Below are positions 49,160-60,888 of a DNA stretch of 64,000 bases, piece after piece; position 1 is the first letter of the stretch, and each line of letters opens with the position of its first letter. Source of the DNA: Eledone cirrhosa (Eukaryota); contig OZ024758.1 of the NCBI GenBank assembly GCA_964016885.1, positions 6,076,001-6,140,000 of the forward strand. The letters run 5' to 3'. A program made the position numbers and the translations under genes. The notes under the pieces are model-generated. The model saw only the letters and a list, made by a program, of their open reading frames with translations. It ran no database searches and had not been told where the DNA came from.

Positions 49160-49794
49160 TCTTGTATGTGAAACCTGAATACCGTTCTAAAGGTCATAAT
49201 TACATTCGTAGCTTTTTAAATGATTTTCTGACACCAATTATTCATGCAGTCAGAATTTGAACAGTCATCTCATTTGCCTATAACTCTCTTAACAAACTGA
49301 AAATGTTCAATGTCAATAGAGATATATTTCGTTACACTCCTATAAAATTTATTATGAATATTTAATATTTACCTTCAATCTGCTGATATATCATAATTTT
49401 GTTCAAGAAGATTTTGACGTACGTCAACATGTAATTATACGAGGGTAAATATTAAATTCTTTATTATAAAAAAAGTGTTGAAATTAATGCATGCAAAATT
49501 TCACAACTCTAGCATCACTCCTTCATAGTCAATGAAGGAGTGATGTTAGAGCGGTGGAATGTTGCAAGCATTAATTTAAACAATTTTTTATATAATAAAG
49601 AATTTAATATTTGGTCAAACATACAGAAAAAAGAAAGGAGTATTGGAAAGGACTATAAATGCCATAAATGAGAGGAAAAGGAAGGAAGTAGCAAGGACTA
49701 TTAGACTCCTACATTAAGTTGGCTTTATAGTTTTCATTCTCTAGATACTACTAATCTTTGCGGCTCAACTACAATGTTATATATCGTATATCAT

Positions 49795-50227
49795 AGACCT
49801 GCCAACCTCTGGAGACCCAAATGGGGAAAACCATAAAAAGAGTGCCCCCAAAATCGAGGAGAAATGAGGCAAAATGGGGAGATTTTACATAATAAAAGCT
49901 ATACCCATTTTCACAAGAGAAGACATCTCTCACCCACCCCAAAGTGTTTGGGAGATCTTCACGTCGGACGGAGAGAGTTGACAGGTCTGTTGTGTGTATG
50001 TGCGTGTGTGTGTGCGTCTGTGTGTGTGTATGCAAACCTGCCAACCTCTAAAAAACCCTAAACCGCGAGTATCATGAAAAAAGTGCCCCAAAAGGGGGAG
50101 AAATGAGGCAAAATGGGGAGATTTTACATAATGAAAGCTATACCCATTTTCACAAGAGAAGTCATCTCTCCCCACTCCAAGGTGTTTTGGAGATCTCCCC
50201 GACGGGTCGGGAGAGTTGACAGGTCTG
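49795..50227. mobile_element. Two tandem MITEs of about 195 bp (third copy 47311-47500)
   Basis: TIRs AGACCTGCCAAC ... GTTGACAGGTCT. Confidence 0.7.
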
Positions 50228-50988
50228 ATATCAATTATCGAAATCCAGATCTTTTCGTCCTTAGTTGTCTTTAAATTGACTTTCGTATGTACTGAGAGGG
50301 GCGGAAAACTGGTGTCGTTAAAAGATCGGATGGAATGTTTTGTGATCGGATAGAATGTCTCTGCGATCGGAGTCCTAACTTTATGTTGATATAATTTTGG
50401 AAGTATCGGTAGAGGGTCGGACGCCATGCTTTGCAGCATAGAGTTACGGCCCTTTATGATCTGAGTTCAAATCCCGCCGAGGTTAACTTTGCCTTTCATC
50501 CTTACGGGGGTCGATAAAATAAAGCACCAGTAACGTACTGGGGTCGATTTAATCGACTTTCCCCTCCCCCCAAATTACTGTCCTTGTGCCTATACTAGAA
50601 ATCAATATAATTTAAGTTAATATAATCTAAGTTAATATAATTTAATATAATTTAAGCTTTTACCCACAAAATTAGAACAACATAACAAAAACAAACAACA
50701 AAAACATCGAGATTTCATTTGTTAAATAAATTTTATTCACTGTGACCTTTGACCATATAAAATGAATTGTTAACTTCGTAAAGAATTGATTGTTCAGTTC
50801 ATGAATTATATTCATTGTTACCGTTTACAATACTGCTGTTTTATTTGTTGATTAGTTCCTCAACCAATCAACATTTTTATTGGGTGTTTTCATTTAGTGA
50901 AAAACTAACGAGGAGGAATAGAAGTTAAGAAAAAACCGGACTTTGTTCTTTAGATTAACATACGATGACACACAGGGCCGAATATTTG

Positions 50989-50996
50989 TATATAAA
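50989..50996 (+). promoter_or_regulatory. TATA box of the DEF8-like gene
   Basis: TATATAAA about 70 nt before ATG 51060. Confidence 0.5.
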
Positions 50997-51059
50997 CAGT
51001 AACATCTCGGGTTTCGTTTTTCTTTTCCCCAAAATATTCGAATCGTTCAAAAAGACAAG

Positions 51060-51089
51060 ATGGGTTGTAACACTTCAAGAAATATAACT
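51060..51089 (+). CDS. DEF8-like exon 1 ([10 protein letters not shown])
   Basis: caagATGG...ACT|gtaagc; TATA box about 70 nt upstream. Confidence 0.7.
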
Positions 51090-51162
51090 GTAAGCATTAC
51101 TGATCTGATATATTTTAAACTATTGCTGTTAATATCTTATTTCTGTCATCACTTCTACATCT

Positions 51163-51202
<40 letters not shown>

Positions 51203-51302
51203 TCAGGGAGGGTAACTTGGAGTTACTGTAGGTCCGTCCCCCCGGGTGAGCAGTCGATGTTTCGGTTCACTTCAGTGTCGAGGTGTAGAGCTAGACAGAG
51301 TG

Positions 51303-51373
<71 letters not shown>

Positions 51374-53211
51374 TAACAGATTAAAGTTTAAGCAAAGAAT
51401 CGCTGCTTTCACCCTTAAACTTTAATCTTTTTTAATAAATATTTGCTCTACGGTTCTTATATATTTGATATATATTTATCCTTATCGAGCCCTCTTTGGA
51501 TTTTAGTCTTCACATTTATTTATTATTATTACTATATATATATAAGATGAACTTTAAAAAAGAAGCTGATATTACATAAATCGTTTATTCATTATAATTA
51601 TTTCAATGGTTCTCTTTACGGTCATCTAATCAGAATACGATCGATTCTAGCAATGGTATGTTGTTCGCAGGCTTTGTAGCAGCTGCAAACTAATGTGCAA
51701 TTACTGATAACATCTACAAACCCTGATTCAACGATTAATTCCTGATAGTTTTTATAATTAATTTCATATATGTTGTATTTATGTTCTGATTTTTGGTTTG
51801 TAATTTGCTTTTAGTAATGGCTACATAGTTATTTCCCACGTTTTATGTTAGATTTAAAATATAACTTTGAGGCGAGTACAGTTTGGTTTGGCAGGAGTCA
51901 TGAGTAGAGGTTGTTGTTTGGTGTAGGGTGTTTGCTGCGTGATTGATTTGAGAAATAACTGTCTTATTTACGATTAATATTATCCACTAATGTACAACTC
52001 TTACACCAGATACACACGTAAAATACTTTCTCGTTAATCGAACATCCATTCCAACACGTAATACAGTAGATACAACAGAATTAAATAGAAAAACATTAGT
52101 GGATAATATTTGTTTCTACTTTTGGCACAAGGCCAGCAATTATCCCAGTCTATTACTGGTACTTTATTACACTGGGATAATTGCTGGCCTTGTGCCAAAA
52201 GTAGAAACAAATATTATCCACTAATGTTTTTCTATTTAATTCTGTTGTATCTACTGTATTACGTGTTGGAATGGATGTTCAATTAACGAGAAAGTATTTT
52301 ACGTGTGTATCTGGTGTAAGAGTTGCAATCATGAAGTTCAGCACTTTCATGTTTATATCTAAATGTCCTCTTTACATTGTTCGCCTTGTATAGGTTCTGT
52401 CGATTGCAAATTTGTGAGTTCGTGGTGATGCACAGGTTTTCATTCTGGTGCTTTTATCATATAATTATTAGTTTGTTGTTACGTGTGACTTTGTAGTTAG
52501 AGAATTAGATTCGTAATCGTGAGGCTGAAAGTTCGATTCCCGGACAGGGCGATGCATTATATCCCTGAGCAAGACACATTATTTCACGGTGGATTAGCAG
52601 AATCGGTAGAGCGTCAGACACCATGCTTTGCAGCGTAGTTATACATTCTGATCTCAAATCCCGTAAAGGTTAACTTTGCCTATCATCCTTTCGGGGTCGA
52701 TAAAATAAAGTACCAGTCACGCACTGGGGTCGATTTAATCGACTTTCCCCTTCCACAAAATGTCTGGCCTTGTGCCTATATAAGAAACCATTATATATAT
52801 GCTTGTCACCCCCCCGCCCTGTTTTCTTTCTTCAAGCAAAATGCATTGGAATGGCCAAGAGATAACCATAACTTCAAGAAACGAACCACAGTCTGTTGGG
52901 ACAGGTTGTGTAGTCTATGTGATGAATTTGTTATAGGATGTATGAACTATTCTGCCCAGTGTACAAGTAAGTGGAGTATTTTTCAATATCTTTTCGAATG
53001 AAAGTCGATGGATTTATGACATACGAGGATCGGCTTAAAGGTTCATAGACTGACCAAGATACTCTCATGGAATGACCAAATGAGGTTTATTTTTCAACAT
53101 AGTTCCTGGAAAGAAACAATGCAGTTATTAATAAGAGTTTAAATTAATACATGCAAGATTTCACAACTCTAGCATCATTCCTTCATAATCGGTATAAACC
53201 TTTCAGCTTAT

Positions 53212-53268
<57 letters not shown>

Positions 53269-55069
53269 TGTAGAGGTTCGATCAATAATAGATCGTTCCT
53301 CGAGCAGATCGACAGTGAAACATATGTCATGTGTTATTAAATATGGTATGATGCAACACTGATTCTTTGTTCCTTTATTCTTATACTACACACACACACG
53401 CACACACGGTTTCTACCGAATAAAACAGTTCTAGTCTTGTAGAAGCCATTTCTATATTAAATATTTATACTATGCTATGTATTGAGTACCTTACTTACTG
53501 GGGTTACCCCGATCAAACTCAGGATATATATATATAATATATAATATATATGAAGACGTGTGGCTGAGTGGTTAGAGAATTAGATTTGCAATCGTGAGGT
53601 TGTGAGTTCAATTCCTGGACCGGGCGATGCGTTATGTCCTTGAGCAAGACATTTTATTTCACGTTGCTCCTTCTACCTGGAGTTGCGACCGATAGATAGT
53701 ATTAGCAATTGGAAAGACCAACGGAAACATTGTTTCCTCGGTCCGATTTGATGAAAGTCGATCGTTCCTTTAAATATATATACGGCGCAGTTAATAATTC
53801 CAGACTTATTTAAATATTGAGGTTTCTCTATAACTCATCTTCTTATTCTGATTGCTGTTTCTTACTAGAATGTAATGCCATAGTACACAAATGGTGTGCA
53901 CCACACTTCGAAAGATTCTGCATGAAGGTAAGCTCTTTACTGATTCCTTTCTTTTAAATCTTTCTTTTTATTTTGCTTATTTATATACGAGGGTTTGCTG
54001 AAAATTTTATAGCCCTCAAAATTCATATGCTGACCAAGATACTCTCATGGAATTACCAAATGAGGTTTATTTTTCAACATAGTCACTGGAAAGAAACAAT
54101 GCAGTTATTAATAAGAAGAGTTGTAATTAATTTATGCAAAATTTCACAGCTCTAGCATCACTCCTTCATAGTCAGCCAACCCTTGTATGTATGACTTCAA
54201 GATGCTCGCTATACCCCCCCCCCCAAAAAAAAGAAAATAATAATAAAGTTGCGAGAGAATGGAGGTGAGAAACAGATATAGCGGAAGAATAGACCCCAGT
54301 ACTTGACTGGTATTTTTTTTATCGAATGGAATGGATGAAAGGCAATGTTGACCTTGGCGGCAATGGATGAAAGACAATGTTGACCTTGGCGGGAATGGAT
54401 GAAAGGCAATGTTGACCTCAGAGAGCTGAAAGCCGAAACTTATAATCATATTATTAATAATAATTATTATTTTCAGGGATCTCCGGAAATTGATGAGAAA
54501 GTAAAATTTGTTAAGGAAATGTGTTATGAAGGTCATAAACTGGTTTTAGTGAAGAAGCAGTTTCGTACGAGAAGATGTTGGTGCTGTGCTGGTTATGTCG
54601 GAAGGTACTATCACGTGTGTTATGTTTGCAAGGGTAAGTCTTTTAGTTTTTACCCTTTCATGACTAAAATAGTCAAACAGTTTCGAATTTTACTTGAAAT
54701 TCTTTCGCATACATTTGTCCTTCAAAATATACAAATATAACTATTTTTCACTGTTCTGAGATCCAATCCTGTCGAGGTTGGCTTTGTCGGGATCAATAAT
54801 ACGGGATCAATAATATAAAGTACCAGTAATACACTGGGGTGGATTTAATCGACTTACCCTCTAAAGAATTATTGGCCTGGTAGAAATCATCCTTATGTGA
54901 GGAAAGAGCTTTCACAATATATAAACAACCTTGCGGTTATTGAACCAACCAGTCGTCCCCCGGGGAAACGCCTTCTCCATTCTGTCCACCGGGGCTGTGG
55001 GGAGGCCATCAATATGATTGACTGACTTATTAGTCAGATGTTCTAATGATTCTCTCTTTATCTACCTAC

Positions 55070-55135
<66 letters not shown>

Positions 55136-55288
55136 CTCTCTGTATATATATAATTAGAAAGTGAACAACCAAAATATAACAACTCCATTACAAATAGCTC
55201 TGTTCTATACATAGAGCACTCCTTTTTCCTTCGGAATTACCTAACACCCCCCCCCCACACACACACACACCACACCACACACACACAC

Positions 55289-55328
<40 letters not shown>

Positions 55329-56130
55329 ACACGTTAGTTTTCGTATATCTTTACATCGTTTAATAGAAATATAGCAACTTGTCTATTTCAATCAACCAGC
55401 CGGAAATCTATAATAAATTGAAGGAAAAACCACAGGTGCGTGTGTTTTTATTGGCAACATGACCCTCCCAAAGTATATTATTGTTGTTGTTGTTATTTTC
55501 TTCCGTTATAAGATCAGCAATGTTACATGTCGTTTCAGTCTGCAATTTTTGCTGCCACCCCTATTGTATTGGGAATATGAAGCTCAGCTGTAAGATCGTG
55601 CAGGTAATAGAATAATGTTTCCCATCTCTTTTATTGGCAGCTGTGTATATATATATATTTTCCAACACACATTGAAAAAATGAGAGGAACATTTTCTTTA
55701 AAAAAAAAAGGAGTTTTATAATGTATATAAAATGTAAAATATTTTATATATTATATATACATTATATAACTCCTTTTTTAGGGCGGTGAATTGGCAGTAT
55801 CGGTAGAGGGTCGCTTTCCAGCATAGTTACGTCCCTTTACGATCTGAGTTCAAATCCGGCCGAGGTTAACTTTGCCTTTCATCCTTACGGGGTCGATAAA
55901 ATAAAGTACCAGTAATGTACTGGGTATTTGCTGGCCTTGTGCCTAAAATAGAAACAATTATATAACTCCATTTAAAAAAAAAGAACTGTTCCTCTCATTT
56001 CTTCAATAATGTCACTTTGACAAATCAAAGAAAAAAAAAGAAAAATAGATCCATCCGTGCTATTTCCAATCTCTCTCTCACTCACTCACTCTCTCTCTGT
56101 TTATGTCTGGTGCTATGCCTGTGCACTGAT

Positions 56131-56195
<65 letters not shown>

Positions 56196-59100
56196 AGTGA
56201 TTGATGAAAGCATTACATATTTCCAAATCAAATTTACATTCTATCTATTCTTACACACCAGCAAGCTGCTGCATAGGTCAATGAATAAAGTTGACATGAA
56301 ATCTTGTTCAATTATTCTAGTCCTGTCTAATCTTACGCCAGGCTCTTCTGTTCTTATTTACTTACACGCGCAACAATCACTTAAACTGTAGATTTCAAAT
56401 ATAGCATTTTTTTTCTAAGGCTGATAATTTCCCCAAAGTCTGTACAATGCGGTAGAAATATATAAAAGGTAAATGAGGACAAATAAAACAAAACAAACTA
56501 ATGTTTTACCTCCCAGTATAATTTAACATATTTCAGGGCTATAACCCTCTTTTCAAATGTGAAGCTGAAACAGTTCAAAACATACATACATACATACATA
56601 CATACATACACAAATACATACATGATGGCTGCCCTCTCGTTATCGAATATGGCCATTGCACGATATAACATTATTAATAATTATCAATTAATGCTATCGT
56701 TAATAACTATCAATTGATGTCTGTGCGTGAAGATTTTTTAAAAGTAAGGAAAGACTGCACTGAGCCAATCCCACTCTCAGAGCAACTCTAGCTATAACCC
56801 GAAAAGAAGAAAAGATCAACATCATCGGTAACTACAGAGCCGCAGGTTTTATGACGGAGTTATCCCAGTTTCCTGAGTTGCCTTCTCCCAGAAGAATGCC
56901 CTGACAAAGGCTAGGGGTCCTTCACTCCCAGTGGTTTAACCGCGCGATTGGGTATCCAGCCCGACTACATACATACATACACACACGTAGGCCAGTTAAG
57001 GAAGAACACATAGATCATTCGTTTAGTTTTGAACTGTTTCAGTTCCACATTTGAAAAGAGGGTAGTAGCCCCGAAATATCATGTTAAAATATATTGGGTA
57101 AAACATTATTGTGTTTTGTTTGTCATCATTTGCCCATTGTATTTCTGTACCGCATTGTATCGGCTTTTTGAAAGTTATCAGTCTTTTATTATATACCTCA
57201 CAATGCCTTGTATTAACTACACTATTTTTTCTAGTCTTTCAAACTTACCAAGAGCCTATTGTTATATTTGTAAGACTTTGTTCGCTGGTGTTGCTGTAGA
57301 GTTGAAGGATCGACTGATCATATTCCAACACTACTTCTGTGTTATGTCAACATCTGAGAACTTATACATGTGTGTGGCCGTAACTCTGTGTGCGTATACC
57401 TGCCTTCATGTGAGGGGATCAGACCGATTAATTTCGATCCTGTGTTGCGATTGGTCAGCGAATTAGTATTCTCTTTAACTGTCCATGACGATACTGCTTA
57501 CAAACCCACTATTACCAAATAACTAAGTAAAATGGATTAGCTATTTTCTTTTATAACGCATTGTTAACAGATTGTTCGATAAATAAACACTAGCATGTTA
57601 GTTGTGTCTTATTTACGTCGTTTCTTCGACCATGTGTCAGCCAAAAGCCGCCTTAAATCCAGGAAAAGTTTCTTAAAGAGCGTTACGTCCCTTGAAACAT
57701 CAAGCATAAGTAGTGAAAGAGTCACTCGCTGGGAAGAAAAACTTAACCTCCCATCTGTAACAACAATGGAGTTAAAGGTGGGCGAGGCACTGCCCCTTGG
57801 AGCTAAAGGTGAGCGAGGGACTACCCGTTGGAGCTAAAGGTGGGCGAGGCACTGCCCCTTGGAGCTAAAGGTGAGCGAGGCACTACCCGTTGGAGCTAAA
57901 GGTGGGCGAGGCACTGCCCCTTGGAGCAGATACAAACTATACAATGTGGAAATGCCTCAACAGACCAAGATCTGGTGTTGGATTTGCAAATGTCAATCTT
58001 GCAAAATGGGGATATTTAAAGGATAGGGACATTGTGTGTGACTGCGGCATCGAACCACAGACTACGAAGCACCTCTTGATATTCCCCCTGCTGGAACACC
58101 CCTGCACAGCATTGGGCTTGGCAGAGTTTAATGAGAAAGGACAGCAACGTGTTCAGCTGTGGCGGAACCACATCTAGCCAAGCTTTGTAACTGACACTCT
58201 TGTGGACAAAAGGACAGCAATGTGTTCAGCTGTGACGGAACCACATCTAGCCAAGCTTTGTAACTGACACTCTTGTGGACAAAAGGACAGCAACGTGTTC
58301 AGCTGTGGCAGAACCACATCTAGCCAAGCTTTGTAACTGACACTCTTGTGGACAAAAGGACAACAACGTGTTCAGCTGTGGCAGAACCACATCTAGCCAA
58401 GCTTTGTAACTGACACTCTTGTGGACAAAAGGACAGCAACGTGTTCAGCTGTGGCAGAACCACATCTAGCCAAGCTTTGTAACTGACACTCTTGTGGACA
58501 AAAGGACAGCAACGTGTTCAGCTGTGGCAGAACCACATCTAGCCAAGCTTTGTAACTGACACTCTTGTGGACAAAAAAACAGCAACGTGTTCAGCTGTGA
58601 CGGAACCACACCTAGCCAAGCTTTGTAACTGACACTCTTGTGGATAAAAGGACAGCAATGTGTTCAGCTGTGACGGAACCACATCTAGCCAAGCTTTGTA
58701 ACTGACACTCTTGTGGACAAAAGGACAGCAACGTGTTCAGCTGTGGCAGAACCACATCTAGCCAAGCTTTGTAACTGACACTCTTGTGGACAAAAAAACA
58801 GCAACGTGTTCAGCTGTGACGGAACCACACCTAGCCAAGCTTTGTAACTGGCACTCTTGTGGATAAAAGGACAGCAATGTGTTCAGCTGTGGCGGAACCA
58901 CATCTAGCCAAGCTTTGTAACTGACACTCTTGTGGACAAAAGGACAGCAACGTGTTCAGCTGTGGCAGAACCACATCTAGCCAAGCTTTGTAACTGACAC
59001 TCTTGTGGACAAAAAAACAGCAACGTGTTCAGCTGTGACGGAACCACACCTAGCCAAGCTTTGTAACTGGCACTCTTGTGGATAAAAGGACAGCAATGTG

Positions 59101-59442
59101 TTCAGCTGTGGCGGAACCACATCTAGCCAAGCTTTGTAACTGACACTCTTGTGGACACGATAAGAAGAAAATTTACGTCGTATCATCATGAATACAAGTG
59201 GAAATTTAAATTTGGCTTTTGTCAATACACTTTCGGTATATCATATTTTCATTTATATTTTGAATTAATATATTTATTTTTTTTTGTTTCAGAAAGATAA
59301 GATTTGCAATGAAATACATGGACATAAATTTGTGGAGACATTGGATAAAATGTGGTCAAAATGTGAGAAATGTCACTTCCATCTAGACATGTTCCTTATG
59401 TCAGCCTATAAGTGCAAAGGTAAAGACAATTATATTTTCTAG

Positions 59443-59484
<42 letters not shown>

Positions 59485-60566
59485 GCTGTTGCTGCTGCTG
59501 CTGCTGCTGCTACTACTACTTATTCTTATTATTATTCTTCTTATTATTCTTATTCTTCTTATTCTTATTCTTCTTATTCTTATTATTATTATTCGCCCAC
59601 TTTACTTTGCCTTTCATCCTTACGGGGTCGATAAAATAAAGTACCAGTAATGTACTGGGGTAATTGCTGGCCTTGTGCCAAAAAGTAGAAACAATTATTT
59701 ATTTTGATAACAATACCTTAACATCAGTATGAGGGACTGGTGACAGCTGGTTTGAACAGGAGGAGTTGAGAGAATTCTGGCCGGATATGGCCGGTTTAAA
59801 TGCTAAACGGTTAAATATCCTTTTGAATGGTTTATGCTGTTGAGAATACCGTACAAGTGACGGCCTCTTTTCCTGACTAAACATATAAAGCCTGGCTACT
59901 TGTCAACATAAATGTCAAAAATAGTTTCTACTATTGGCACAAGGCCAGCAATTATCCCAGTGCATTACTGGTACTTTATTTTATCGACCCCGTAAGGATG
60001 AAAGGCAAAGTTAACCTCGGCGGGATTTGAACTCAGAATGGCAAGGGCCGTAACTCTATACGTCAAAGCATAGCGTCCGACGCTCTACCAATACTGCCAA
60101 TCCACCGCCCTAGCATGGCGTCCGACGCTCTACCGATACTGCCAATCCACCGCCCTAGCATGGCGTCCGACGCTCTACCGATACTGCCAATCCACCACCC
60201 TAGCATGGCGTCCGACCCTCTACCGATACTGCCAATCCACCGCCCTAGCATGGCGTCCGACCCTCTACCGATACTGCCAATCCACCGCCCTAGCATGGCG
60301 TCCGACCCTCTACCGATACTGCCAATCCACCGCCCTAGCATGGCGTCCGACCCTCTACCGATACTGCCAATCCACCACCCTAGCATGGCGTCCCACCCTC
60401 TACCGATACTGCCAATCCACCGCCCTGTCAATAATATCAATTAATTTTCTTTCAGAATGTGGAATAAAAGTGCACACTGATTGTAAACACTTCTACAATT
60501 TTGAATGTCCTTCAACATACGTAAGTATGGATGCTTTATACACTTGATGAAAGGTGGTGGGATAGT

Positions 60567-60605
<39 letters not shown>

Positions 60606-60707
60606 AAGGGTGTTTGTGTTTGTGTGCGTGCGTGCATTTGTGTGTGTGTGTGTGTGGTTTTCGATGCTCTACACTTGAAGAAAAGTGATAGGTCAGCGGT
60701 GTGTGCT

Positions 60708-60740
<33 letters not shown>

Positions 60741-60842
60741 GTGTGTGTATCTATCTATATATATATGTCTGTGAGTGAGTGTGTGTATGTGTGTACACTT
60801 GAAGAAAAGTGACAGGTCAGCGGTGTGGATTGTGTGTGTTTG

Positions 60843-60888
<46 letters not shown>

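Noticed and set aside
58139-60426. Regular repeat arrays resembling CRISPR
   Set aside because: No unique spacers; units derive from a LINE end and a SINE head; eukaryotic context
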